A stretch of DNA of 64,000 bases from Ureaplasma sp. (GTDB lineage Bacteria; Bacillota_I; Bacilli_A; Mycoplasmatales; Mycoplasmoidaceae). Below are positions 49,429 through 63,420 of this stretch, piece by piece. The stretch spans positions 2,103 through 66,102 of the forward strand of contig JAHHTK010000002.1 of NCBI GenBank assembly GCA_020024695.1. The letters run 5' to 3'. The notes below the pieces were generated by a model. It searched no databases. It saw only the letters and a program-made list of their open reading frames with translations, and was not told where the DNA came from. Within the stretch, counting starts at the first letter, position 1; each line of letters starts with the position of its first letter. The translations under genes and the position numbers were made by a program.

Positions 49429-50613
49429 TTATTTAATAATTTTTGTAACTTTACCAGCACCAACAGTTCTACCACCTTCACGGATTGAGAATTCTGTACC
49501 ATCTTCGATAGCAACTGGAGCGATTAAGGTAACAGTAATTTTACTGTTGTCACCAGGCATTAACATTTCTGTTCCTTCTGGTAATTGGATAGCACCTGTT
49601 ACGTCAGTTGTACGTACATAGAATTGTGGACGGTAACCTGGCATAATTGGGGTGTGACGACCACCTTCTTCTTTTTTAAGAATATAAACTTGTGCTTCGA
49701 ATTGAGTATGTGGTGTAATTGAACCTGGTTTACATAAAACTTGTCCACGTTCAACTTCGTCTTTTTTAGTACCACGTAATAAGACACCAGCGTTGTCACC
49801 AGCTTCAGCTTGGTCTAATTGTTTACGGAACATTTCGATACCTGTAACAACGGTTTTTTGAGTTGGTTTTAAACCAACGATTTCAACTTCGTCGTTAAGT
49901 TTTAAGATACCACGTTCTACACGACCTGTAACAACAGTACCACGACCTGAAATTGTGAAGACGTCTTCGATTGCTAATAAGAATGGTTTGTCTAATTCAC
50001 GAACTGGGTCAGGAATTCATGTATCAACTGCTTCCATTAAGTCGTCGATACTCTTAACGAATTTTTCGTCACCTTCTAATGCTTTTAATGCACTACCACG
50101 GATAACAGGAGTGTTTTCACCATCGAATCCGTAACTACTTAATAAGTCACGAACTTCCATTTCAACAAGATCTTGCATATCTGGGTCGTCCATCATATCA
50201 CATTTGTTTAAGTAAACTACCATTTTTGGAACACCAACTTGACGTGCTAAAAGGATGTGTTCACGAGTTTGTGCCATAGGACCATCTGTAGCTGCGATAA
50301 CTAAGATAGCACCATCCATTTGTGCGGCACCAGTAATCATGTTTTTAACGTAGTCAGCGTGTCCTGGACAGTCAACGTGTGCGTAGTGACGGTTTGCTGT
50401 TTCGTATTCAACGTGAGCTGTATTAATAGTAATACCACGTGCTTTTTCTTCTGGAGCTGAGTCAATTGCAGCATAGTCCATTGCTTTAGCTTGACCTTTT
50501 TTTGCTAAGTTTGTACAGATAGCTGCTGTTAATGTTGTTTTACCATGGTCAACGTGGCCGATTGTACCAATGTTAACATGGGTTTTACTACGATTGAATT
50601 TTTCTTTTGACAT
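49429..50613 (-). CDS. tuf: Elongation factor Tu
   Basis: Motifs [20 protein letters not shown] and [10 protein letters not shown]. Confidence 0.99.
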
Positions 50614-50682
50614 AAATAAATCTTCCGTGTAATAAAGTTTTTTTAAATTGTTTTTATTATATCGTATTTATTAAAATAGATA

Positions 50683-52758
50683 CTATTTCTTAGCACGACT
50701 TGATGCAACTTCTTCGCTAATTGATTTAGGAGCAGCAGCATAGTGGCTAAATTGCATAATGTAGTTACCACGACCTTGGGTATTACTACGTAAGTCAGTT
50801 GCATAACCGAACATTTCTTTTAATGGAACAGTTGATTTAATTGCAACTGCGTTGCCTTGGGATTCTTGATCACCAACTAAACCACGACGACTTGATAAGT
50901 CCCCGATAACAGTCCCCATGTATTCGTCTGGAGTTGTTACGTCAACGGTCATAATTGGTTCAAGTAAGGTTAAACCACAAGATTTGGCAGCTTCTTTTAA
51001 AGCCATACTTGCAGCAATTTTATATGCCATACCTGATGAGTCGACATCGTGGTATGAACCATCATATAATGTTGCTTTGATGTCAATCATTGGATAACCA
51101 GCTAAAGGACCAGCCTTCATTGCTTCAATAAGGCCGTTTTCAACTTCCTTAATGTATTCTTTTGGAATCTTACCACCAACGATTTCATCAACGAATTCAA
51201 AACCTTTTTCAGGGTTTGGTTCGAATTTAATTTTAACGTGACCATATTGACCACGACCACCTGATTGTTTAATGTATTTTCCTTCAGCTTCACTTGATTT
51301 AGTAAAGGTTTCACGGAAACTAACTTGTGGTGCCCCGACGTTAACGTCAACTTTAAATTCACGACGTAAACGGTCAACTAAGACGTCAAGGTGTAATTCA
51401 CCCATACCTGCGATAATAGTTTGACCAGTTTCTTCGTCAGTAAAGGTTTTGAAAGTTGGGTCTTCTTCGGCTAATTTTGCTAAGGCTAACCCCATTTTTT
51501 CTTGGTCAGCTTTAGTTTTTGGTTCAACTGCTAAACTAATAACTGGTTCAGCGAAGTTCATTTGTTCAAGAATTAATTGATTCTTTTCATCACATAATGA
51601 GTTACCTGTGGTACTATCTTTGAAACCGATAACCCCACAAATATCCCCAGCACGAATTTCATCAATTTCAGTACGGTCGTTTGCGTTCATTTTAACTAAA
51701 CGACTAACACGTTCTTTGATCCCTTTTGATGCATTATAGATGTAACTACCTTTAGTAATAACACCGGCATAAACACGAATATAGGTTAAACGTCCAACGA
51801 ATGGGTCAGTTGCGACTTTGAATGCTAATGCTGCTAAAGGAGCATTATCATCAGCGTGAACTAAAACTTCAGCTCCATTGTCAACCATAATTGCTGGAAT
51901 TGGTGGAACATCGATTGGACTTGGAAGGTAGTCAACAACGGCGTCAAGTAATTTCTTAACCCCTTTGTTTTTGAATGCAGTACCACATAAAACTGGGTAA
52001 AGTTCGTTCTTTAAAACCCCGATACGGATACATTTTTTAATTTCATCAATACTTAATTCTTCACCACTTAAGTATTTTTCCATAATTTCATCATCGAAGA
52101 CAGCAACGTCATCGATCATTTTTAAACGGAATTCGTTTGCTTTTGCAAGCATGTCTTCTGGAATGTCAGTGACTTTGTAGTCTTCAGCTTGTTGACCATC
52201 ATATCAATAAGCTTTCATTTCAACTAAGTCAATGTTACCAGTAAAGTCAGCTTCAGCTCCAATTGGTAATTGGATTGGAGTCGCTTTAACGCCTAAACGT
52301 TTTGTAATGGTTTCAACTGATCTGTAGAAATCAGCCCCAGTTTTATCCATTTTGTTAACGAAAACAATCCGTGGAACATTATATTTTGAAGCTTGACGTC
52401 AAACAGTTTCAGTTTGAGGTTCAACCCCCATTTGGCCATCAAGAACTGTAACAGCTCCGTCTAAAACCTTTAAACTACGTTCAACTTCAACAGTGAAGTC
52501 AACGTGTCCTGGGGTATCAATAATGTTTAATTCGCAGTGTTTTCATTTAGCATAAGTCGCTGCTGATGTAATTGTAATACCACGTTCTTTTTCTTGAATC
52601 ATTCAGTCCATGGTACTTGCACCGTCGTGTGTTTCTCCAATTTTGTGGTTAACACCTGTATGGAATAAGATACGTTCGGTTGTGGTTGTTTTACCAGCAT
52701 CGATGTGTGCCATAATCCCAAAGTTACGGTAATCTTTTAATTGTATTTCTCTTGCCAT
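50683..52758 (-). CDS. fusA: Elongation factor G
   Basis: Motifs [30 protein letters not shown] and [10 protein letters not shown]. Confidence 0.99.
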
Positions 52759-52908
52759 AAATTATTTGGTAATTGTAATATTTTTTGATTAATAGATACG
52801 TTGAGATAATCATTAAATCATTGGATTTAATCTAAATCATCATTTTGGTTTTGAATAATTAGAAACATAACTCTAGTTATTAATTATTCAATCAATTCAA
52901 GTCTAAAA

Positions 52909-53481
<573 letters not shown>

Positions 53482-53513
53482 TTTTATCCCTTTCTAGTCT
53501 ACTAATTTAATAA

Positions 53514-53936
53514 TTAGTTAGCTGCTTCCTTTGGTTTTTTAGTACCATAACGTGAACGTGCTTGACGACGTTTTGCAATACCTTGAGTATCTAGGGTACC
53601 TCTAACGATGTGGTAACGTACCCCTGGTAAGTCTTTTACACGACCACCACGAATTAAAACAACACTGTGTTCTTGTAAGTTGTGGCCTTCACCTGGAATG
53701 TATGCTAATACTTCCATGTTGTTAGTTAATCTAACTTTAGCATATTTACGTAACGCTGAGTTAGGTTTTTTAGGTGTCATTGTACCGACACGAGTACATA
53801 CTCCACGTTTAAATGGAGATGATTCATTACGAGTAATTTTGTGAAGAGAGTCGTAATTTTTTTGTAATGCAGGTGATTTTGACTTGCTTACTTTTTCCTT
53901 ACGAGGTTCTCTAATAAGTTGTGCGATTGTTGGCAT
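53514..53936 (-). CDS. rpsL: 30S ribosomal protein S12
   Basis: Motifs [18 protein letters not shown] and [10 protein letters not shown]. Confidence 0.98.
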   Translation of the reverse strand: MPTIAQLIREPRKEKVSKSKSPALQKNYDSLHKITRNESSPFKRGVCTRVGTMTPKKPNSALRKYAKVRLTNNMEVLAYIPGEGHNLQEHSVVLIRGGRVKDLPGVRYHIVRGTLDTQGIAKRRQARSRYGTKKPKEAAN

Positions 53937-54078
53937 GTATAACCTTTCGATAAAAATATACAACTAAGCCGGTGTATCAATTAGAGTGCTAGACTTTAGT
54001 CAATACATAAATAAAAGTATACCACTATTTAAGTGTATTAAGCAAAAAAATTCTTAAAAAAGATGAAAATTAACTAAA

Positions 54079-55140
54079 TTAATCAAATAAATCCAAAATT
54101 GACTGGTTTAAAAGGGATAAATCGTCAACAACGAGATGATTATCAACAAGATGATAATACTTTAAACGGTCCTGATATTTCCTATATAAATATGCATTGT
54201 AATCATCATTAAGATCTAATCCATCGGCTAATCGTAAATTCATCATTAAATAACTGACTTCATGATCTTTAATTGAATTAAACCGATCCTCTTTTTTTCA
54301 ATCCCAGATTTTTCCTAAATATTGATAGTTGTTCCAATTCTCATATCCAGATGCTCCATAACCAATCCCTTTTCACTCATGAAATTGTCAATAAGCTTTT
54401 TTATTATGTTTACATTGATATTGATTATGTAATGACCAATTAGACACTTCATAACGGACAAAACCAATGGTTGGTAATTGGGCAATTAAATAATCTAATT
54501 GTTGTTCGGCAACTTCTTCATCAATTTGAACCTTTAATTTTTTCAATAACGAACCTGATTTAATTTCTAGAGCATAAAAAGAAACATGGGTTAAATGGTT
54601 TTGAGCAATAAATTGAATCGCATCATTTAAATCTTTAGTGGTTAAATTCATTAAGTTATAAATGAAATCAACACTAATATTTTCAATCCCATTACTTTGA
54701 AATAAATGAATGGCTGCTGCCCCATCTTCAATGGTATGATAACGATTAATTTGTTTTAAAATTTGATTATTTGTAGTTTGAATCCCTAAACTAATCCGAT
54801 TGACCCCGTATTGTTTCATAATCTTGACATTGCTTTCGGTCACTAGTTCAGGATTGCACTCCATACTTAATTCATAATCATTTGCTAAATATGGTTGCAA
54901 TTGTTCTAACAAATAAGCTAAATCGTTATCACCCAAAGCATTGGGTGTCCCACCCCCTAAATAAACAGTTTCATATTGATGTAATTCACTGGTTTCTTGT
55001 AATTCAGCTACTACTTGTCTAACATAGTCATGTTTGATTTGTTGGTCATCAGTTTTAATTCTGGCAAAATCACAATAACTACAAATATGGTTACAAAACG
55101 GAATATGAATATATAAATGTCTAACTTTGTTATCTTTCAT
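54079..55140 (-). CDS. hemW: Radical SAM HemN/HemW-family protein
   Basis: Motifs LYIHIPFCNHICSYCDF, YLGGGTP, RISLGIQ, YEVSNW and HNKKAYW. Confidence 0.85.
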
Positions 55141-55146
55141 ATGAAT

Positions 55147-55171
55147 AAAAAGAACCAGAAACTGGTTCTTT
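55147..55171 (-). terminator. Intrinsic terminator
   Basis: Minus strand AAAGAACCAG-TTT-CTGGTTCTTT-TT. Confidence 0.8.
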
Positions 55172-55178
55172 AAACTTT

Positions 55179-55409
55179 CTAGTTTTGATATTTTCTAATA
55201 ATGATGAACTTGGTGTCGTCATCAATTTTGCCTTTTTTAGTTGGTTCAATAATATCTAAAGCACTGGCATCAGCTGGAACTTGATCATAGTGGATATAAA
55301 TGGTATCATCATATAACTTTTCGTTGCCACTAGTAAGTTCGGCTGTTCACCCAAAATTATTTTCTTCTGACAAAACATAGGTTGGTTTTTTACTAAATAA
55401 ATATGACAT
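55179..55409 (-). CDS. Small acidic protein (76 aa), possibly DUF3006-like, absent from the ORF track
   Basis: AAAGGTGA SD; MSYLFSKKPTYVLSEENNFGWTAEL...IIIRKYQN with one TGA; lies between the MBL lipoprotein gene and a terminator. Confidence 0.65.
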
Positions 55410-55427
55410 AAATATCACCTTTAGTTA

Positions 55428-56984
55428 TTATTTTAATTCTGTAATGGTTGGGATTGTATATTTGTCTAAATCTTTAGTATTAAGTTTTGTTCATTTACCA
55501 CCGTTTGGAGCTACTGGTGAATAATTTTTTTGGTCTCATTGAGATGGATTTCAAGCACTTGGTTTTACTGTTGTAACATCAACATTAAAGTCAAGGTCTT
55601 GACCAAAGTTAATCATAATACCCACACCTTGCATTACCATATCGTAGTATTTATCAACATTTGTTCAATTTTGATCAGTTGTATTAACTAAATTAACAAA
55701 TGGTCCAGTTGGTCTTGCATAGGAGTTTGTAGTTGGATTATAAACAACACTACCACCACGGTTGTTGTTATTAAGAGTTTTATGTTGTGCTAAGAAATTA
55801 TCAGTTGCTGTTCAACTCTTAATACCTTTTTCTAAATCAGCTGGTTTTAAAGTTTGTTTTGCTAAACCAATTGTTTTTCCAAATGGTTGGGTTCCTAAAA
55901 TATTTTCAGGTTTAACTCCAACATTCATTAAATTTTTAAGAGGTTGAACGTCAGGTAAAGTATAAGCATCTTCAGTTCCTGAACTAATAATAGCATAGGT
56001 TGGGCTAATCGCTTCAATTCATTTTGAACCATTAGAACCTTCGGTACCACTACCGTGGTGACTTACTTTATAAACATCACTCTTTAAGAATTCTTGATTA
56101 TAGTATTCTAATAATTTATCATCAGTGCAACCTTCACTATCCCCAGCAAATAATTCTTTATGGTTGTTGAAACTAAAGACATTTGAAACTGAGTAAGCAT
56201 TCATTGAGGTATTTGGCTTACCGTTTTTTAACATTGGTTCAGTACAGCCTAAAACTGAGAATGAACCAATTGTTTGATTGGCATTATCAACAAAGGTAAC
56301 TAAATTTGATGGTACTCATTTACCTTTAGTGACACCTTGATTGACAGCATTGGTAATTTGAACACTATCATAAATAGGAATTTGTTTTTCAGCTAAGGAT
56401 TTAAGGGTTTTTTTCATTACTTGTGTAGTTCCCCCTTTACCATCCCCAGCTTTTGCATCTCATGCATCCTTACCAATTAAGGCTTTGGTATCTTTAGTTG
56501 CATAATTCATGATAATGTTTGGTAAACCATACATGTGGTCGTTATGAGGGTGACTAATAACAAATAGATCAACATCTTTAACATTTAATCAATCAAGGGC
56601 AGCTGCAACAGCTTCTTCGCCATCAGGACTTGATGATTTTTTACCACCTTGGGCACCACCAGTTCCCCCGTCAATTAAAATAGTGAAATCATCATCTCCA
56701 CCATAAGTATCATCTTGAGAGACTTGAATAATTTCTGAATCACCTTGACCTACGTTTACACTTAAGGTACGAGCCATTGAAGCACGCACTGGTTCAAATA
56801 ATAACCCCGTTTTATTTCTTTCTTGAATACTTACAGAATCTTTTTCTGGTGTTGGAGTATCATTTTTTGTTTCTTCGCTGGACTTAAATAAACTACAGGA
56901 AGTTAAACTAAGAGCGGCTGTTGATACTAAAACGCTCGCTCCAAGCATTGAAAAAAGAATTTTGTGTCTTTTAGTTGTTTTCAT
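55428..56984 (-). CDS. Lipoprotein with ComEC/Rec2-type metallo-beta-lactamase (nuclease-like) domain
   Basis: Lipobox LTSC; motifs VNVGQGDS, ILIDGG, SHPHNDH, LFAGD, KVSHHGS and IISSG; 518 aa. Confidence 0.85.
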
Positions 56985-58314
56985 GGTTATCTTCTAAATG
57001 TCCTATCGCTAAATCTAATACAATTTTTTCAATTATAACATTATGCATTTCATTATGGGGGTCATGGTCAAAAAATTCTTTCTTAACATAAACAGGAAAA
57101 AATTCCGAACAATGGCCGACATAATATTGAGAGTTGGCTTGATCTTTTTCAAACAATACTTCAACTTTTCGGTTCACAAATTGGGTTAAATAATTTTTAT
57201 AAAGTTCTTTTTCTAATTCCATTACTTGTTTAACACGGTCATTTTTGACTGCTTCAGGTAGTTGTTTCATTCTTGCAGCTGGCGTAAAACTTCGCATTGA
57301 ATAAGGAAACACATGGATTTTGAAAAAACCTACTTCTTTTAAGAACTGCATGGTGTTAGCAAAATTTTGATCAGTTTCGGTGGGAAACCCACAAATTAAA
57401 TCGGTAGAAATGGCTACTAAAGGATTTAATTTTTTGATTTTATTAACTAATTCTAAAAACCATTCAGGCGTATAGTGACGGTTCATGGCTTTTAAAACAT
57501 CGACATCCCCACTTTGTAAACATAAGTGTCAATGTTGGGCAAACCGATGCGGATTTAAAGAAATTAAAGCAATAATTTCATCACTAATTTGGAACGGTTC
57601 CACACTACTAATCCGAACCCGAAAATCACCTTCAATCGCATTAATATCTTTTAATAAATCATAAAATCCATAACCATTATCATCAAAATATCCCGCTGTA
57701 TTCACCCCAGTTAACACGATTTCTTTATAACCATTTTGAATTAATTGGTGAATATCTTGTAAGATACTCAAATGCTTTTTACAACGTTGGCGACCTCTGG
57801 TAAATGGAATAATGCAATATGAACACATGAAATTGCATCCATCTTGGATCTTTAAAAAAGCACGGGTATTGTTTTGAAATTCTTGCACTTTAGTGTCTTC
57901 AAATTGTTTTTCTAACATCAAGTTTTCCACTTTAACAATTTGGTTTTGGGTGGCTAAATATTCATTAATTAAGTTCACTAAATTGTTTTTATATTTGTTT
58001 CCTAACAAGATATCAATTTTTAACTTATCTTTAATATCTTTGCTAGCCACTTGAGAATAACAACCACAAACAATAATAATAGCTTGTGGGTTGGTTTTAT
58101 GAGCCCGATTAATCATGTTTCGAGATTTAGAATCGGCCGTATTAGTTACTGAACAAGTATTAATAATGTAAATGTCAGCGACATTATCAAAATCTAATTG
58201 TACTAATCCTTGGGCTAATAAATCATTAGCAATTTGATTACTTTCATGGGTGTTAACCTTACACCCAAGGGTCATAATTGCAAACGAATGTAAATCATTA
58301 ATTGTTTGAGCCAT
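56971..58314 (-). CDS. mtaB: tRNA t6A37 methylthiotransferase (radical SAM)
   Basis: Motifs [43 protein letters not shown] and HVFPYS. Confidence 0.92.
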
Positions 58315-58315
58315 C

Positions 58316-59068
58316 TTAATGAGTTCCTGAAGATGTTAAAACATCTTGGTTGGGTTCCACAGTTCCGACTGTATCAATACTGTTACCGTTATCATCAAAA
58401 TCAGTACTAAATTCAATAGTTTCGCTAATGACAGGTTTGATGACTTCAGGTTTATTTTCTACAACTGGTTCAGCTGGAGTTTCGGTTAAACTTGGTGGGT
58501 TTTTATCATTTTGGGCAGCATCAATGACAGCTTGTTGTTTAGCTTGGTCATAAATGATTCGCATATTTACAACAACAGCTCAAATATAAATGGCAGCTCC
58601 ATAAATTCCTGTTACGACCATTCCCCCAATATATAAATATTTCTTAACATCTCAATCTTGACCCACACAGAATGCTACGACAAAGAAGATGATGGCCAAC
58701 ATAATTAAGCCAGCTCCACAAATTCCAATGGCACCATAACTTCTAATAAGTTTTTTATCGACTGGGTATTCCATTTTGGTCTTTAAATTTTTAATATAAA
58801 AATATTGTTGTAACCCTAAACAAATAGTGGCCAGTAAGGGAAAAATAACCCCACTAATTAAAGCATTCCGTACTGGAGCTAATTGCACATTAGCATTCAT
58901 AATCCCTTGATAAAGCGTACTGGTGACCCCTCCATCAACACTATTAATGGCTACTTGTAAAATCGCAAAAGGGACCACTAACCCAGCAAAGATTAAAATC
59001 ATAATAAATAATAAACAATAGTTTAATAAACGATTCATAACTTTCCTAATAAATGAAAACCAAGTCAT
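58316..59068 (-). CDS. Hypothetical membrane protein with acidic tail
   Basis: About four hydrophobic segments; two ORFs joined by TGA; the start may be at 59038. Confidence 0.7.
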
Positions 59069-59085
59069 TAGACTTGGTCAAAAGC

Positions 59086-59532
59086 TTATTTTAAAATTTT
59101 ATCTAATAAAGCATTGATAAAACGGTAGTCATCAACATCACAAAAACGTTTGCAGGTAATAATTGATTGGTCAATTAAAATCTCTTTCGGAGTTTTTAAG
59201 ATGACCCCTTCAGCATCAGCTTCAATTAAGATGGCTAAATTGACTAAGTTTAAACGGTCAATACTTCATGAGGTTTTTAAATTCGGGGTAATTAAATCAG
59301 CCATAATTTGTTGGCCGTGATGAATGGCATAGTCTAAAATTTGGACTTGATCAGCACTTAAACGGTATTTTTGGAGCGTTTCATGTAAGAATTGATCAGG
59401 ACTAAAAGATGGGTTATTTTCATCACATTCAATTAAATATGAATAGATGATTTGGACAACTTGGACTCTTTCTAATCATTTTTTGTCATTCACGATTTCA
59501 GCTTGGTTGTGTGATTGTTTGTTAGTTTCCAT
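59086..59532 (-). CDS. nusB: Transcription antitermination factor NusB, absent from the ORF track
   Basis: Motifs WSIDRLNLVNLAIL, IDQSIITCKRF and YRFINALLDK; efp-asp23-nusB gene order. Confidence 0.85.
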
Positions 59533-59818
59533 AATTACTATAACCGATATTAATACATTTTAAATTAAGACCTAAATTATTGTACAAATGTGCCCCTAAA
59601 CAGTCCCCGATATAACTAAAATCATGGATTTCAACGCCTTTATGCGCAGCTAATAAAATTGTTAAAATGATTAAATTATTATCAATCTTTTCAAGATAAA
59701 TTTTATCAATGGCTAAATGTGGAAATTGTTCAGCCATGGTTCTGGCCACATAGGTTTTGACCATTGCATCATCGATACTAATTTGTCCGTATTTATTGGT
59801 AAGAAGAGTGTAAATCAT
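59522..59818 (-). CDS. Asp23/Gls24-family-like small protein
   Basis: NKYGQISIDDAMV N-terminus and position between efp and nusB. Confidence 0.6.
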   Translation of the reverse strand: MIYTLLTNKYGQISIDDAMVKTYVARTMAEQFPHLAIDKIYLEKIDNNLIILTILLAAHKGVEIHDFSYIGDCLGAHLYNNLGLNLKCINIGYSNYGN

Positions 59819-60384
59819 TACTTTGCACGACCTACGTAACTACCGTCAGCAGTTCTTACAGCAACTTTTTCACCAGTTTTGATGAATTGAGGAACATCAA
59901 TTTCTCAACCAGTTGATAATTGAGCTTTCTTTAAAGCAGTGGTGACGGTGTTTCCTTGAACAGCTTCTTCAGCGTGAGCAACATCCATGACAACTTGGTC
60001 AGGTAAGCTAACCCCTAAAAGTTCACCTTCATAACTTAATACGTTAACTTCAGTTCCATCAACGATGAAATTCTTTTCTCATTCTAATTGAGCAACTGGA
60101 ATTTCAACTTGGTCATAGGTTTCGTTGTTCATGAAGACATATTTATCACCATCAACATAACTAAAAGTCATTTTAGCATTGTCTAATGGAGCTGCTTCAA
60201 GTTTTTCACCTGTTAAAACTTCAGTGGTAATAGAACCAGTTCTTAAGTTTTTAACTTTACATTTAACAATACCTTCACGCATTGCAGTTTTGTTAAATGA
60301 GTTTTCTAAAACAAGATATAAGTTATCTTTGTATAAAAATGTGTTGCCTGATCTAAGGTCTTTTGCTTGATAAATTTTAGCCAT
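59818..60384 (-). CDS. efp: Elongation factor P
   Basis: Motifs [28 protein letters not shown] and VPQFIKTG. Confidence 0.96.
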
Positions 60385-60458
60385 ATTGCTACTCCGTTTT
60401 AATTATTTTTTGATTAATCGTTATTTGATATTATAATTACAATATCTTAAATTTATAT

Positions 60459-60544
60459 GCTCAAATGGTGGAATGGCAGACACGACAGACTCAAAATCTG
60501 TTGGTAGTGATACCATGCGGGTTCAAGTCCCGCTTTGAGCACCA
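60459..60544 (+). tRNA. tRNA-Leu (CAA)
   Basis: Arm ACAGA-CT CAA AA-TCTGT, long variable arm TGGTA-GTGA-TACCA, A73 and CCA. TATAAT at 60432-60437. Confidence 0.96.
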
Positions 60545-60554
60545 TTATGTTTTT

Positions 60555-60583
60555 AAAGTATTTCGTCATGAAATACTTTTTTT
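60555..60583. terminator. Terminator between tRNA-Leu and ribE
   Basis: AAAGTATTTCG-TCA-TGAAATACTTTTTTT. Confidence 0.8.
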
Positions 60584-60597
60584 ATTTCTAAACTATA

Positions 60598-61200
60598 TTA
60601 TTTTAAATGCTTTTGCAAATTAAATAAAGTTTTTACGTAGTAATCACATTCAAGATTAAAAAATTTCGTGTTTTTGTCCATTAAATTGGTCACTAATTGG
60701 GTATGGGGAATAATACAAACTTTAAAAGTGTTATTGGCTTCATTGACAGCAGCTACGGTTAATGAAACCCCATTAATGGCAACTGAGCCCTTGCTAATAA
60801 TGAAAGGCATAAATTGGTGGGGTACTTGAAAAGTTAAGTCTACTGATTGGCCATCAGGTTGTTGATCAATTAATCAAATCACACAATCAACATGGCCTGT
60901 AGTTAAATGCCCATTTAATCGTGTAGCTGGTGTAATTGCAAATTCACCATTGACTCGGTCGCCAACCCGTAAGTCTTTTAAATTGGTTTTCATTAAACTT
61001 TCATGCATTACATGGACAGTGACAGTGTGTTTTTTAAGTTTGGTAATGGTCATACAGGCCCCATTAATGGCAATTGATTCACCAACCATTAATTTTTTAG
61101 GTAATTTGTGGTTTCACACCACTTCTATATCTAAATCATGTTGGTGGTCTCAAGCGAGACTCTTAATGGTGCCGATGTAAGAAATAATTCCTGAAAACAT
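60598..61200 (-). CDS. ribE: Riboflavin synthase
   Basis: MFSGII N-terminus; motifs GESIAINGACMT, GHLTTGHVD, KGSVAINGVSLTV and IIPHT. Confidence 0.95.
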
Positions 61201-62323
61201 CTTGATATTCTTTTCTTTCAATGAGATAGTGTAATTTTATATCATTATCAAAGATTTGATAATCATAAAGAGCGAGTTTTAGCGTGTCTTGCATAGAACT
61301 AAAGCCAAGCCCACCAATTGGTGTTAGAGCTTGGTTACCCCCAATTAATTGGTGGCCCACATAAGTAATCAGTTCATTAATTTTATTTTTCATTAACAAA
61401 GAACCTAACAGTTGGGAACCCCCTTCAACAATGATTGAACTAATATGATGTTCATAAAGTTTAGTGAAGCATTCATCTAAATCTAAGAATTTATCTTCTA
61501 CTTTATCAATTAAAATAATTTGCACATTTTTTTGTTTTAAAAGTTCAATTTTTTGATTGTCTTGCTTATGGGTCAAAATGATTGTGGGATGAGAAATTGC
61601 ATCAGTCACCACAAAGGCATCTAAATCAATTTCTAAGTCTGTATCAAGAATAATTCGGGTCGGACTTTTTTTATTTTCAATCCGACAAGTTAAACGAGGA
61701 TTATCGCATTTAACGGTATTAATTCCGACCATAATCCCTAAATATTCACCACGCAGTTGATTGCTATCATGTCGGCAGGCTTCATTACTAATTCATTTTG
61801 AATCTAAAGTTCTGGTGGCAATTTTGCCATCTACACTCATAGCATATTTGGCCAAAATATATGGTTGGTGAGTTAACATATTGTACATGAAAATCCGATT
61901 CATCATGAAACATTCTTCATATAAAATCCCAGTGGTGACTTGAATATTATGGTCCTTTAATTTTTGGATGCCTTGAGAGTTCACTAATGGATTGGGATCA
62001 ACACAACCAATATACACTTCTTTGATATGACTTTTAATAATTAAATCAACGCAAGGTGGGGTTTTGCCATAATGGCTACATGGTTCTAATGTGACATATA
62101 AAGAGGCATCTTTTAATTGATCGGGGGTGAGTTTTTGAATAGCATCTACTTCAGCATGAGGCCCACCAAAATAATGGTGATACCCTGTGGCTAAAATTTG
62201 ATTATCTTTCACAATCACACACCCAACTAATGGGTTAGGAGCGACAAACCCAGTTCCTTTTTGAGCTTCCTTAATCGCTAAAGCCATGTATTGTTCATGA
62301 AGGTTTAAATTAGAATTTTCCAT
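61163..62323 (-). CDS. ribD: Bifunctional pyrimidine deaminase/reductase
   Basis: Motifs PNPLVGC, HAE, TLEPCSHYGKTPPC, SVDGK, VGINTV..DNPRL and VEGG. Confidence 0.96.
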
Positions 62324-62795
62324 GATTATCTATCCACATTTGACATAATCCTTGGCTATATTCTTTACCAAGGTTAAGACCATTAACTCCAAACCCACTT
62401 CTTGCTTGGGCTTGGTTTAAATCTAAGACATTTAAGACACCATTAACAATTGGAAGCATATGTTTAGTAGCTAAGTGCATTAATTCTGCAATCACAACAT
62501 TTTTAGTAGATTCATAATGGTCGGATTCACCTTTAATTAAACACCCTAAACAAATGATGGCATCATATTGTTTATGGTTAATGACCATTTCAACCATATA
62601 AGGAATTTCAAACGCTCCAGGCACTAAATAAATATCATCTTGAGTGATATCAATGTGGTAATGTTTTAACACTTCAATGGCCCCATTTGTTAAATTATCA
62701 GTAATGGTTTGGTTAAATCTTGCTTGAACAATGGCAACCTTTTTCTCACTTAAATCATAAGTGTCATCTAACTTGGTAATTGGTTTATTTCACAC
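62310..62795 (-). CDS. ribH: 6,7-dimethyl-8-ribityllumazine synthase
   Basis: Probable GTG start at 62795 with AAGGA SD; motifs AIVQARFN, VPGAFEIP and LGCLIKGESDHY. Confidence 0.93.
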
Positions 62796-63402
62796 TCTTT
62801 AAATCCTTTTCTAATATGTGACCCATTTGGTCCCGTTTGGTTTCTAAATAATGAAGGTTATATTGGTTGATCCCATCAACTAAACTTAAGCGTTGTTGTA
62901 CATTGATTCCATAATGACTTAATTGACTAATTTTGTCTGGATTATTGGTTAATAAAACAATGTCATTAATCCCTAAGGTTTTTAAAATATCAGCAGCAAT
63001 CGCATAATTTCTTAAATCGGGATCAAAGCCAACACTCTTGTTAGCGGCAATGGTATCTTGGCCGTGGTCTTGGAACCCATAAGCCCGAATTTTATTAAAT
63101 AATCCAATGTCTCGGCCTTCTTGGCGTAAATATAATAACACCCCTTTTTTGTTGGCTGCAATCAAATGCAAAGCTTTATGTAATTGGGGGCCACAATCAC
63201 ATTTTAATGACCCAAAGACATCCCCAGTCATGCATTCTGAGTGCATCCGCACTAAACATGGTTTACTATCATCTTTATCAGGTCCGTCATAGACTAATGC
63301 CACGTCTTCTTTCTCATTTAAATCGTTCCGAAAAGCATAAATTTTGAACTGTCCATATTGAGTGGGCAAGTTTGCTTGTGTTTGAGCAATAATATGTGAC
63401 AT
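62785..63402 (-). CDS. ribA: GTP cyclohydrolase II
   Basis: Motifs RMHSECMTGDVFGSLKCDCG, QEGR, LLTNNPDK and YLETK..MGH. Confidence 0.96.
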   Translation of the reverse strand: MSHIIAQTQANLPTQYGQFKIYAFRNDLNEKEDVALVYDGPDKDDSKPCLVRMHSECMTGDVFGSLKCDCGPQLHKALHLIAANKKGVLLYLRQEGRDIGLFNKIRAYGFQDHGQDTIAANKSVGFDPDLRNYAIAADILKTLGINDIVLLTNNPDKISQLSHYGINVQQRLSLVDGINQYNLHYLETKRDQMGHILEKDLKSVK

Positions 63403-63420
63403 ATGATCCTTTCTTATAAC

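Noticed and set aside
55428..56984. Beta-lactamase or full ComEC competence channel
   Set aside because: The motifs are of the ComEC/Rec2 MBL type and the multi-pass membrane domain is absent.
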